Shown here piece after piece: positions 1 to 11,959 of a stretch of 64,000 nt of DNA (the stretch's first letter is position 1; each line of letters starts with the position of its first letter). Origin of the DNA: Amphiscolops sp. MND2022 (Eukaryota); the NCBI GenBank assembly GCA_964187785.1, contig OZ076409.1, positions 86,616,001 to 86,680,000 of the forward strand, written 5' to 3'. Position numbers and translations under genes: made by a program. The notes beneath the pieces were generated by a model, which was not told where the DNA came from, did no database searches, and saw only the letters and a program-made list of their open reading frames with translations.

Positions 1-600
1 GATGCGCTAAGCTTCTTGGTGATTTACGAGAGAAAACCTTTTTCTCCGAATTTTAGTTCTGAAACTTTTTTTTCTTTCAGATTCTTCAAGCCATCTTCGG
101 TGATGTGGATTCCGTCACCATTTGAGACATCTTTTTTGCCAAGGTAGTGGCCAACTCCTTTGAACTTCCAAGAATATTTTTTGCTCAGATCTAGAAGGAG
201 GTTGTTGGCATCTTTTGTTCTGTTCGATTCGTCGTGTTGCGGTGGAAGGTCAAGAACGCAGGTTTCTTCTGCTCGATTGATCTATACGTTGGCGAGGTCT
301 GTCAAGTCTTCAGCAATATCTTTTGCAGATCGATCTGATATCTTGCCACCTTGTAGAAACAATCGTTGTCACTAATAAACAAATTCATTATTGAGTATCT
401 TTCGGGTGGCAAGAAGTCGTGGCAGTTTCTGATTCTGTATCCTGGCAGCGATAGGACGTAGATGACTCCACTCATCAGTTCAACTGTCTCAAGGTCTTCA
501 GTTCGCTTCGAAAGCTGGGCCTTCTTCTGCTCTACTTGTGAGTCTGAGAAAAGAAGAAAGCTGCTGTCGGCTTTCATCAGGACGTTGATTCTCATTTACT
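1..600 (-). mobile_element. CR1/L2-like LINE ORF1 remnant with SGNH-esterase-like motifs
   Basis: Minus-strand translation gives FSDSQ (block I-like), ISDND (block III-like) and, after a frameshift, GDGIHITEDG (DxxH). In copies 2/3 it lies upstream of RT remnants. Confidence 0.55.
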
Positions 601-1159
601 ACGTCATTGACCTAATAACAAATCAATGGTATTAGAGATGTTCGATTTGTTTGAGGGGAACCACGGTTTTTCTCGATTTCAATAATCAGAACAATCTTAT
701 TTAATGAGTTGTTTTAGCCGTTTTTTGAGTTAGATTGTACTTGGCTTAAATTGGGTTGCCAGTTGGCCTAGAAATTGATAAGGTATTTTGAGATCGAATT
801 TTTGTGTGATCGAAAAACGAGATCGAAATGAATCAAAACGTTTGAGATCGAGTTGTTCCAATTTCGCTAAGTTTTTGCACCCTGCAAAACGTTCGAAAGC
901 GTTTAAAACGTTTTACGTACTTTTCCCCACATAATATGGTGACATATCCCGTGTACTACATTTTCCATTACTATTGGTTGAGACACTTAAGCCATTACTC
1001 ACAATAGTTTCTAGTGTTTTAAGTACTATTTGGCCTCCTTCTCTACTCTACACTAATCAAGTATTAATGTTTCAACATTCAACTGCTAGAAGTGCAGGTA
1101 TTCTAAACCCAGGTAATTTAGCAATCATACCCCAACATATTATTATGGTGAGATTATTT

Positions 1160-1700
1160 TTGGTACACAAACTTTCAATTGTAAATCGTGATCACGATGA
1201 AATTAAGGCAATCTACATACAAAATGCTAGACAATCCTCAGTCAGTATTTTTAAGAAGGAGGTGGATGAGTATTACAGGCACTTATGGCAACGAGAAATA
1301 AAGCAAGGTCTTTATGTACTCAAACTACTCAGGGCTTAAAGTAAGAAACAGCATCATGAAAATGCTTGCACCATATCCTAGGAAAGTTTCTGTCAAAACG
1401 CTACGTGTTCTAATGAATGATTTTGAAGTACGCGAAATATTATGCAGAAGTAAAAAGAGCAAAACCGATATTTGTCCCTATTGTAAAGTTGTTGGTGATA
1501 CTGCACATTTCTTGTTTTCCTGTGTCTCATATCAAGAACACCGATGGAGTTTCATTAAGGAGCTTCAAAATCAAAACATTGACGAAACGCTAATTGGTTT
1601 GCTAAATTGCGAAAACAAGCATGTTATAAACGCGTTGGCTGGCTTTATTGCAAGCATCAATTAGTTCTTATAACTCTGCAATCCTCACTTGTCTTCCTTC
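1160..1700 (+). mobile_element. 3' end of a non-LTR retrotransposon ORF2 (CCHC zinc knuckle), frameshifted; also ~15100-15640 and ~28590-29130
   Basis: CPYCKVVGDTAHFLFSC matches the C-x2-C-x7-H-x4-C LINE C-terminal motif; preceded by a W-Q-R-E-like segment in another frame. Confidence 0.7.
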
Positions 1701-1986
1701 ATGTGTCAATTCTATTTATACTATTTACTTTGTTCTGGAATCAATGATAGAAAGTCATTTGTACTGCCACATCTCGAAAGTTTTTCGATCTCTTCTTCTT
1801 CTTCTAGCCGATGTATGCACGCTCGCCCTCACCGTCGCAAAGATCAGCTCCCACTACGATCGCTTCGCTATTTCCGTTCCCTTTGGTCTTTGCTCCCGTT
1901 CGACCTCGCCAAGCCAGATGGGAACATAAGAAGGTCCCAAGGGGCCGCGGGGCACTAGAAGAAATGGGGTCATACATGAGGGCCAA

Positions 1987-3198
1987 ATATATGGGTATTT
2001 GAAAACGCTAGGTTATTTGAAAACACTGACTCAATCTCATTTTCTTTGATCTTTTTACTTCGATCTCATTGACAGATTGCAAATTCGCGCAAATTGATTG
2101 GATCGAAACATCCACCGCCCTAAAAGTTTTCAGCCTAATAACTCGATGAAAATTTAGGTCGAATGACTTTGGGCCAAGTGACTTGTGACCTACCACGAAA
2201 CCTAACCAATTGAGGGTATACCGTATTTGGGTGTGTTCCAATCTCCCCAAAAACCAAATCTTCTCTTAATTTCATTGGCCAAATCGGCCACATCGACTCT
2301 AGATTTCATCTACCCAAACATTAATGGAACCCCTGGAACAATACTTGCTCTTTGCAGTGTGATTTGGTTTATAATTGTTCCCTGCAGTGATGTTACTCAT
2401 AACTGAAGAGTACTCTTTATTCTATGGAATGCCAGAGTGGTCCACCAATTTATTTTAATGAATTGTTGACCAAAAATCCACTGAGCTTTGGCCGGAACAC
2501 GAATAAATAGCGCTTTCACTGTCAGCAAATGCTTCAGATTGTGAAGTTCTATGTTTCAGATTTCTTTTCGCATCCACAACTATTACTGTTTGGATATATG
2601 GGTATTTGAAAACGCTAGGTTATTTGAAAACACTGACTCAATCTCATTTTCTTTGATCTTTTTACTTCGATCTCATTGACAGATTGCAAATTCGCGCAAA
2701 TTGATTGGATCCAAACATCCACCGCCCTAAAACTTTTCAGCCTAATAACTCGATGAAAATTTAGGTCGAATGACTTTGGGCCAAGTGACTTGTGACCTTC
2801 CACGAAACCTAACCAATTGAGGGTATACCGTATTTGGGTGTGTTCCAATCTCCCCAAAAACCAAATCTTCTCTTAATTTCATTGGCCAAATCGGCCACAT
2901 CGACTCTAGATTTCATCTACCCAAACATTAATGGAACCCCTGGAACAATACTTGCTCTTTGCAGTGTGATTTGGTTTATAATTGTTCCCTGCAGTGATGT
3001 TACTCATAACTGAAGAGTACTCTTTATTCTATGGAATGCCAGAGTGGTCCACCAATTTATTTTAATGAATTGTTGACCAAAACTTCACTGAGCTTTGGCC
3101 AGAACACGAATAAATAGCGCTTCCACTGTCAGCAAATGCTTCAGATTGTGAAGTTCTATGTTTTGGATTTCTTTTCGCATCCACAACTATTACTGTTT
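1987..3198 (+). repeat. 607-bp direct tandem duplication private to copy 1
   Basis: ORFs 2008..2250 and 2615..2857 are near-identical, 607 bp apart; the segment is single in units 2 and 3. Confidence 0.9.
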
Positions 3199-3340
3199 GT
3201 TGGGACTAACTTTCTTTGCAACTCGACAATCAGCTTGAATTGTGATGTTTTTTTATTTGGTTCTGTCGGTCTACTGGAATAGTGGCAGGCATGACCTGTT
3301 TCCGTCAAACCCGCCCAAGATTTGATTTCTTGGATGGATG
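2000..3340 (-). mobile_element. Degenerate LINE APE-endonuclease fragment
   Basis: Minus strand reads EKIWFL(G)DWN across a 1-nt frameshift (GDFN-type motif), with an LTET-like motif near 3300; many stops. Confidence 0.4.
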
Positions 3341-3344
3341 ACAA

Positions 3345-3950
3345 ACATTCGAGAGTTTTTAACGCCCATCAAGGTAAATGCGTCTCAACGGCTGTACATC
3401 GTTCCTTGTAAGAAGAACCTGGGCCTGAAACAGCTTGAACGGGACGGTTTTTCCGGTTTTTCTTCACCAAGAGTACTGCTCGCTTCTCACGTCATGCCAC
3501 TCCCAATTCTCCCATAAAGCAGACATTGTGATCACTCGACTTGCCTTCAATGCTCGAACCCCGTGGACTGTATTGAACTGATGCCAACCGCTCAGACGGT
3601 GTTACCATGATTCCTGTGGAAATGGGTGAACAGCTGGTGTGAGATGTCACGGTTGTGGATGCACTTGCACCCAGTAGTCTGAATCAAGACTCCTCATGGA
3701 ACGGGGGAACCACCGCCACAGAGGCTGAAGCGCGTAGCATCGCGAGGTATCGCGAATTAATAGACGATGAATACACTTTTCAACCGGTGGCCTTGGAAAT
3801 ACAGGGTTCATTAGGCGAGAGCAGTCAAATATAAAGTGCTCGGACGTTCGCAGACGATCAACGAGCTGGCAGTTTTTTGAAGCAACGGATTTCAATGGCT
3901 CTTTAGATCGACAATGCGACTTGTGTTCTTGGAACTGTAAGCGACTGAAG
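3345..3950 (+). mobile_element. CRE-like (restriction-like endonuclease) non-LTR retrotransposon 3' fragment; also ~16665-17280 and ~30170-30785
   Basis: Decayed plus frame ..RSDGVTMIP..LV*DVTVVDALAPS..AEAR..Y..FQPVALEIQGSLG..FLKQRISMAL..NA.CVLGT matches the RLE PD...D...K C-terminus. Confidence 0.65.
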
Positions 3951-4461
3951 ATGCGTTCGAACAATTGTTTTAGGTATAGAACCAGTTTGTAGAAAACCAG
4001 TTAGTAGAGAATTGAGGTCCATTTTGTACATTTTTTTTCTACAAACTGGATCATGGTATTGTTTTGAATAAGGTCCGTTTTGTAGAAAACCAGTTTGTAA
4101 GAATCATCAGTTCCAAAAAAAAAAACAAAAAGACCAATAATGCAGGAATGATGCAAAGTATAAAACGTGCCTCGGACATGTCCCCATTTCCTCTAGTGCC
4201 CCGCAGCCCCTTGGGGCTGCTTATGTTCTCATCTTGCTAACCGAGGTTGAACAGGAGAAAAGACCTAGCGGGAACGGAGATCGCGAAGTGATCATAGTGG
4301 AAGCTGGTCTTTGCGACGGTGAGGACGAGCGTACATACACTGGATATGCCCCACATTTCAATTTTTAGATCTTATTCCTTTAGATCTTAGGCAGTGGAGC
4401 TCTCAGGATCTTGTGTCAAGGATGTTCAGTTTGTAGAATTTACTGATCCAATTTGTAGAAA

Positions 4462-5869
4462 TTTTTCATGCCGAAACGTCCCGTATTATCTTGGTTTTGT
4501 TTTTGGTTTTTGTTTTTGGTTTTCTACAAACTTCTTAGGTCCAGTTTGTAGAATTCTGGAATTGAAGAACAACGATAAGACCATTAACGTAGGAATAATA
4601 CAAAGCATAAAATGTGCCTCGGATATGTCCCCATTTCCTCTAGTGCCCCGCGGCCCCTCGGGGCCGCTTGTATTCCCATCTTGCTAAGCGAGTTCGAACA
4701 GGAGCAAAGACCTAGCGGGAACGGAGATCGCGAACTGATCGTAGCGGGAGCTGATCTTTGCGACGGTGAGGGCGAGCGTGCATACACCGGATATGCCCCA
4801 CTTATCATACGAAACGTTTCGGCAAATGTTTTTAGCCTGAGACGTTTCGGCATATTTTTTTCCCGAAACGTCCGCCGCCATGTTTTTGCAGAAACGTCCA
4901 GAATTCATTCCTTCGTGTTCAGAGAGAGCTCTAATTCTGGATTCCAGTAAGCGTTCAAAGAGTAAGCGTGATTGGTCGGTCTGATGATGGACTGGAGTAG
5001 TTTGATTTTTCGGGCTTTCTGGTAAAGTTGAATTTTTAGTGGGTGGCTGTAAATAGGTTGAATTTTTCTGGTAGAAAGCACAGAGGTCGAACCTTTTGAT
5101 CGAATTGCAGGGATCGAATGAAATGCGGTCGAAATTTATTGTATTTGTTGTATGGCTCGGTCGCTTTGCTCCTTCCGCCAAGTAGCAACATTGAGGCATG
5201 GCAAAATGGCACGTCGCTCCGCTTCGCTTCGCTCCTGCATTCAGGGCACTACGGGTATGTGAACATCTGACTACGTTATAAAAATTTCGATCCGAGTTGT
5301 TTCGATCCCATTCAAAAATTTGGTATGTCGACCGGAGAAGTAACTCTGATTTTCGATCCCATTCCTTCTACCTATTTCCGCCCACCCCTTTTTAGTTACC
5401 CACGGCCACGTTTTCTCTTCCATACTTTTGTTGAAGAGCTGTAGCAATATTTCCCGGAAGTTGGGTCCAGATCTCTTCAGCATTTTGGGGTGTATACAAT
5501 CCTTGTCGATTGCTTTGTTGCTTGTAGGGAGGGTCCTGATTGCATGGTTTAACTCCTGCCATGTCAGAGAATCGTTACACCAGTGCATTTCGTCATCTGT
5601 TTGCAACGACCTTTTCTCAACTTCTTTATTTATTTTATCGTAGAATTTGTCATCGACTTTCATTTGAGTGAGATGTTTTCCGGTGAAGAAGGTCTGTCTC
5701 AAAAGTTCCGCCTTTTCACTGTTTTCGAACAAATCAGCATAATATGTTGGCGTATGATTGCTAAATTACCTGGGTTTAGAATATCTGCACTTCTAGCAGT
5801 TGAATGTAGAAACATTAATACTTGATTAGTGTATAGTAGAGAAGGAGGCCAAATATTACTTAAAACACT
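4462..5869. repeat. 1.4-kb direct repeat (R1) of 7928-9329 (R2) inside each unit
   Basis: Same sequence at offset ~3466; starts inside the 504-bp MITE and ends at TAAAACACT. Confidence 0.9.
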
Positions 5870-7868
5870 AGAAACTATTGTGAGTAATGGCTTAAGTGTC
5901 TCAACCAATAGTAATGAAAAATGTAGTACACGGGATATGACACCATATTATGTGGGGAAAAGTACGTAAAACGTTTTAAACGCTTTCGAACGCTTTGCAG
6001 GGTGCCAAAACTTAGCGAAATTGGAACAACTCGATCTCAAACGTTTTGATTCATTTCAATCTCGCTTTTCAATCACACAAAAATTCGATCTCAATGCGAC
6101 GGTGAGGGCGAGCCGGCATACACAGCATATGCCCCACATTATAATAGTCAATCGACTTGATGCAAACGAAGAACGTTTTCGACCCGTTCGATCAAATTCG
6201 ACCGATCAAAAAAGGCTTTGATCAAATTCGACCGCAGTCCATTCGATCCCTGCAATTCGATCAAATGGTTCGACATCTGTCCTCTCGACCAGAAAATTTC
6301 GACCTATTTACAGCCAACGATTTACAATTGAAGGTTTGGGTACCAAAAATAATCTCACCATAACATATATATATTTACATTTATATTTGATCTTCTCGAC
6401 TTTTGGTTTTCACTGTTTCTGGGTGTTAGGATATTTGTAGCGTCTACAAATTTAATTATTTCTTTTATCCACTCTTCATCGTGTATGTCAGGGTTCATGT
6501 ACATCTTTGTTCTCAGGGGTGGCTGTGTCTCCTGCATTCAAAGAGAAAGTGTCTGCTTTTTGGCAGTGACAATTTGGAGAAGGCACTAGACTGCACTGAT
6601 AGGCGAAATTTGCTAAGCCTATGCATCGATCCAAGAAAATTTTATGTAAGGTTTTCTGCATCACTAGAGGACAAGACATAGGCATAGCGATGGAAGAAAT
6701 TTTCACTTGCTTCACTTGCACTGGTATCAAGGCATTGTGTTCAGAGTTTTTAATTCTGCGGTTCCACTTGAACTCGATGTACTTGACCACATCTGCTCTG
6801 CTATAGTCTCTTCTTTCACTATGCGTGATCTTTTCGAACTCCTTCATTATTGCAATGTCTTGTTTGATTTTTCTGTCAAGTGTTTCTAGTGTGCATCTCC
6901 TTAAATCGTCGTTCGATTGCATGACTTTTTTGCAGAATCTGGTTGTTATCGTCTCGCAACGTAGAGCTAATGGCGGTGTTCCTGCAATATTTTCCGTCAT
7001 GCTGTTGTTGCTAGATGTGGGTACTCCCAGTGCTTGCTTGATTGTCTTGTTGATTGCGCTATTCAGGGTATTAGGGTTTCTTAGTGCCCATAGTGGCGCT
7101 GCATACAAAATTTTTGGAACTAAAACCTGATTGAAGAGCCTGATTAGCGTTTGCGGACTCAACCCCCACTTCTGTCCTACAAGTTTATCCATTGTCTGGA
7201 AGTGATGCAAGGCTTGTCCCTTCATAACATTTGCATGCGATTTGAATGTCAGCTTTGAGTCAAATGTTACACCAAGTATGTTACAGCTTTCCAAAATTTT
7301 CACAGCTTCAGATCCGATCACGTGAGATTTTATGTTAATTGGAACTAGTATCATTTTGTCCACATTCATTTTCAAACTCCACTTGTGAACCATTGAAAAA
7401 CTTCAGAAGGCCTACTTCTGTTCTTTGGTGTAATTCTGTCGTTGAACTTGCGCTTATCAGGAGATTTCCATCATCTGCGAACTTGAACTTGTCGGCATCG
7501 ATTCCACTAAACATTTCTAAGAGAAGAATTCAAACATAAGTGATGTTAGTACCGCTCCTCGTGGAACTCCAATAGCTGTCTTGAATTCTTCGCTCTGATA
7601 TTCCCCAATTTCCACATATAATTGACAATTTCTGAGAAAGCTTTCAATTAGACTTTATATGTTGCCTGTTATGCCAATATGATTGAGCTTCCATAGTAAG
7701 CCATTTATCCAGAGTGAGTCAAAAGCTTTCTCCAGATCTAGTAAAATTATTGTACCAAGTTGCTTTTTCAGTTTTGAATTCTTGCATTGGAGTAGAAGCC
7801 TGTCCAGAAGTCGTACAGTACTTTTTTGTTTTCGAAATCTTTCTTGTTCCTTGTCGAGAATTCCCTCG

Positions 7869-8372
7869 GGAACAGGACGTTTCGGCAATGACGTTTCGGC
7901 AAAAAAAATTCGGGACGTTTCGGCATCTTTTTCATGCCGAAACGTCCCGTATTATCTTGGTTTTGTTTTTGGTTTTTGTTTTTGGTTTTCTACAAACTTC
8001 TTAGGTCCAGTTTGTAGAATTCTGGAATTGAAGAAAAACGATAAGACCATTAACGTAGGAATAATACAAAGCATAAAATGTGCCTCGGATATGTCCCCAC
8101 TTCCTCTAGTGCCCCGCGGCCCCTGGGGGCCGCTTGTATTCCCATCTTGCTACGCGAGGTCGAACAGGAGCAAAGACCTAGCGGGAACGGAGATCGCGAA
8201 CTGATCGTAGCGGGAGCTGGTCTTTGCGACGGTGAGGGCGAGCGTGCATACACCGGATATGCCCCATATATCATACGGAACGTTTCGGCAAATGTTTTTA
8301 TCCTGAGACGTTTCGGCATATTTTTTTCCGAAACGTCCGCCACCATGTTTTTGCCGAAACGTCCAGAATTCC
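7869..8372. mobile_element. Non-autonomous TIR element (Mutator-like MITE), 504 bp, 8-bp TSD
   Basis: TSD TTCCCTCG at 7861-7868 and 8373-8380; TIR GGAA..GGACGTTTCGGCAA / TTGCCGAAACGTCC..TTCC; subterminal CGTTTCGGCA repeats. Removing it restores LINE frame SEHEGILDKEQ. Confidence 0.8.
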
Positions 8373-8505
8373 TTCCCTCGTGTTCAGAGAGAGCTCTAAT
8401 TCTGGATTCCAGTAAGCGTTCAAAGAGTAAGCGTGATTGGTCGGTATGATGATGGACTGGAGTAGTTTGATTTTCCGGGCTTTCTGATAAAGTTGAATTT
8501 TTAGT

Positions 8506-8852
8506 GGGTGGCTGTAAACAGGTTGAATTTTTCTGGTCGAAAGGACAGAGGTCGAACCTTTTGATCGAATTGCAGGGATCGAATGAAATGCGGTCGAAAT
8601 TTATTGTATTTGTTGTATAGCTCGGTCGCTTCGCTCCCTCCGCCAAGTAGCAACATTGAGGCATGGCAAAATGGCACGTCGCTCCGCTTCGCTTCGCTCC
8701 TGCATTCAGGGCACTACGGGTATGTGAACATCTGACTACGTTATAAAAATTTCGATCCGAGTTGTTTCGATCCCATTCAAAAATTTGGTATGTCGACCTG
8801 AGGACTAACTCTGATTTTCGATCCCATTCCTTCGACCTATTTCCGCCCACCC
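8506..8852. mobile_element. Non-autonomous Mutator-like MITE, 347 bp, 9-bp TSD
   Basis: TSD ATTTTTAGT at 8497-8505 and 8853-8861; imperfect TIR GGGTGGCTGTAAA.AGGTTGAA / TTCGACCTATTTCCGCCCACCC; TTCGA(T/C)C subrepeats. Confidence 0.8.
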
Positions 8853-9625
8853 ATTTTTAGTTACCCACGGCCACGTTTTCTCTTCCATACATTTGTTGAA
8901 GAGCTGTGCAATAGTTCCCGGAAGTTGGGTCCTGATCTCTTCAGCATTTTGGGGTGTATACAATCCTTGTCGATTGCTTTGTTGCTTGTAGGGAGGGTCC
9001 TGAATGCATGGTTTAACTCCTGCCATGTCAGAGAATCGTTACACCAGTGCATTTCGTCATCTGTTTGCAACCCCTTTTCTCAACTTCTTTATTTATTTTA
9101 TCGTAGAATTTGTCATCGACTTTCATTTGAGTGAGATGTTTTCCGGTGAAGAAGGTCTGTCTCAAAAGTTCCGCCTTTTCACTGTTTTCGAACAAATCAG
9201 CATAATATGTTGGCGTATGATTGCTAAATTACCTGGGTTTAGAATATCTGCACTTCTAGCAGTTGAATGTAGAAACATTAATACTTGATTAGTGTAGAGT
9301 AGAGGAGGCCAAATATTACTTAAAACACTTACTACGTGTTTCGATACTTGGTAGTAGTTGCTGGTATGGGGTTTCCTGCCGTCGTTGCAAACCATGGGTG
9401 TGTGTCTTCTACCCCCAACATGATGATACACATGGCACTTGATTGATGTGGAATATCCATGATATCTGATAGGGAAAAAAGACATGAGTAGTAGTAAAGC
9501 TTTATCGTTTATTCCGTTTCCATCTTCAGACCACGGGTGTGTGTCATCTCACCCCATGATTCGTACACGGCACTAGATTAATGACGACGATCTATGTCAT
9601 CTGAGAGTGAAGAATTTCTTTTCAG

Positions 9626-11617
9626 ATGTTTTGGAAGCTCTTGCAATGTTCTCGGGATCCATGTCTCAGGAAAAGTTTCTTGCGCTATGAATCCATGAAT
9701 GTTTTCAACAGAAAAGCGAAACGGAAGCACCGTGATCGGATGGCTCTGATTAACAATATTGAAGTTTACGAATACTTACGGATGGAAATGGCAGACCGAC
9801 TTACAGATCGCCTCTATGATGTCAGCCGTCAGTTTAATAGAAAAGTATGAGTTTTTGTTGATGTTAGAAATCTGCGGGAAAGTTACCTCAAATAAATTTT
9901 TTCTTTCAAGGCTCTTGACCTCGGTTGTGGCAGGGGATATTTATCAACGAAAATAACACCTGATTGTGTTGAGGAACTTGTTCAATGTGATATATCAGAA
10001 GGATTGCTGAGGCGAGCACTACCTTCAAACATTTCAAAGACAACGTCGCTCGCTCCATATGGACGAAGAAAACATCACGTTTCCAGATGATCATTTTGAT
10101 CTTGGTTATTAAATTTTCCGTGTATTTTTTGCTCCCGGATCAAATGCTTAAGCACAGTCTTTAACGTTTTTGTCGCGACCTTTTTTGTTCATGACAAATC
10201 ATTCGTTGCCTCTTTAAAATGAAACACGCATAGATAAAGAAGTAAAAAGACAAGTGTTTGATTCAAAAGCTTTTCGAGTTTATCATCAGTAACAACATGT
10301 ATTGTCATCAGTGAAAATTGTATCTAAAATTGGAAGAAACGTTTATTTACAATTTAAAAAATTGATGAAGGACAGGAAAATTGCCACAAAAATAAATTTT
10401 TCACTGTGTGGCTTTTAAATTCATATCGCTTGCTGGGGATAGGGTTTGTTCTTGGGATCACATGTTCTGAGGAACAAAGCTTCAAGTGTCTAAAAGCGAA
10501 TTCATTTGTTGCTCGGTTGCCAAGGTTGGAGTCTGTAACTTTGTGTGTAGCACGTTTTCCATACTGCAATTCAATCCATTATTTGAGTATTGGCCTACTG
10601 GTGTCCTTTTGTTTTCCGTATTCGTATATCTAAATGTAGGAGCGTAAAAATGAATATTCTGTGAGCGGTTACCTGGTGTACTTCGTCAGGGAAGAAAAAG
10701 TAGCAAATGTCATCCACATAGGTTTACCATGGTTCGCTGATTTTTTTCTGATTTTTTTTTCAAATCGACATTAAAATTTTACGAGAATGGTTTACTTATA
10801 TATATGTCACGCGTGTTTGCGACCTACGGCTATATTAGCAGAGTGTAGAATTTTTGTTCGAACGTTGCCTTTGCATCGGCATGTGCGCTTGGTCTTCTAT
10901 GAGCAAAAATGTGTAGCACTTTTCGAATTTTCTGTTTCAGTGATCTCCAGTGGCAGTATGCATTGGATAAATGACCTTCCGGGGGTAATGAGACGCGTCA
11001 TGAACACACTCAGTCCTGATGGCGTTTTCCTAGGGTCTTTGTTGGGCGGTGAAATACTCTTTGAACTGCGAAGTGCACTTCAGGTGGCTGAGCAGGCGCT
11101 AGAAGATGGGTTTGGTCCTCATATTTCTCCGATGATCAATATGCCCGACATGGGACGGTACTTGGAAATTTTCATAGATGAGTATTCAGTCTTCATTAGT
11201 ATTTGTCCACAATTCATATTTCAAAGTAGCCAATAAATCGTTTTAGAAGCGTCTAATTTTGAGAAGGTTTTCAGTTGAAATAAACGTACATTGCTTTTTG
11301 TTTACCTCGGATTAGTTAATTTACTATCTTTTCATTTCCCGTTCCGCTTCATCATAAAAAAACGTCCCTTAGACAACTCATTCGCGTGTAACTTTTTCCT
11401 TATCTTCATCCCTTCCAGCATTTACTCCAATGGTCTTTGTCTGGTTATAGATTATTGCACCACCGTGGTTTCCGCCTGATAACTGTAGATCAAGATGAAA
11501 TTGTGGTACATTATCCAAACATAAAAGAACTGATGAATGATTTGAATCACATGGGTGAAGGCAATTGTTCGTGGAATTCTAAGCCAGCCTTGCACAGGTC
11601 AACCATCGATTTGGCAG
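9626..11617 (+). pseudogene. NDUFAF5: NDUFAF5 truncated pseudogene, exons 1-4 (copy 1)
   Basis: Same exons as copy 3, but with a 4-bp insertion (TCGCTCGCTC, ~10046-10055) frameshifting exon 2, no exon 5, and substitutions RLTDR and GGEIL. Confidence 0.85.
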
Positions 11618-11959
11618 GTCAGATTGAATGACTTACATTGCATGCTTGAATTTCACCGTGAAATAGATACAAATGGATATTCAAAACTATCTGTCATTGA
11701 AACATCACATAAAAATCAATCATGAGGCACAGTGGCACTGCGATAACTTTTTGTCTAATGTTACAACTTTTTTTGTCGAAACTGTTATTTGAACGTAGTC
11801 AGCTATCTTCACATTCTCCTAGTGAACACAGGTGCGAAGCGACGTGCCATTTGTCCGTGCCTCAATGTTGCCACTTGGTGAAGGGAGCGGAACGATCGAG
11901 CCATACCAAATCAAGCTAAACTCTTCAAATAAATTCGAACCTTCAACCTTTTAGGCGTT

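Larger units (their letters stand above)
6360..9200 (-). mobile_element. Decayed APE-type LINE ORF2 (RT plus C-terminus) interrupted by two MITEs
   Basis: Removing the inserts gives EKAELL..LFNK..WP, RKPGKSNYSSPSSYRPITL, LFERLL..ILDKEQ.RFRK..ST, LLDLEKAFDSLW, GVPRGAVL, FKFADDG and the 301-aa ORF 6488..7393. Confidence 0.85.
1..11774. repeat. Tandem segmental duplication, copy 1 (5'-truncated by window edge) of ~13.5-kb unit
   Basis: Position 1 recurs at 13943. The ORF track recurs with offsets of ~13.3-13.9 kb. The unit ends after GTTACAAC-T-run in NDUFAF5 intron 4. Confidence 0.95.

Noticed and set aside
4975..5010. Hammerhead ribozyme cores (CTGATGA here, also 40451 and 61201)
   Set aside because: No stem II followed by GAAA; paralogous copies read ATGATGA.
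788..6094. Large TIR (Pack-MULE-like) element bounded by the 360-bp inverted repeat
   Set aside because: No TSD or defined termini; the repeat is itself a patchwork.
4684..8850. Long ORFs such as 4684..5199, 8050..8850 and paralogs (171-266 aa) as novel genes
   Set aside because: They read across MITE/LINE junctions, and their lengths change between copies through frameshifts.
4462..9329. 1.4-kb direct repeats flanking an RT ORF as an LTR retrotransposon
   Set aside because: The RT is LINE-type; the repeats start mid-MITE, include LINE sequence, and lack TG..CA ends, PBS and TSD. It is a partial tandem duplication.
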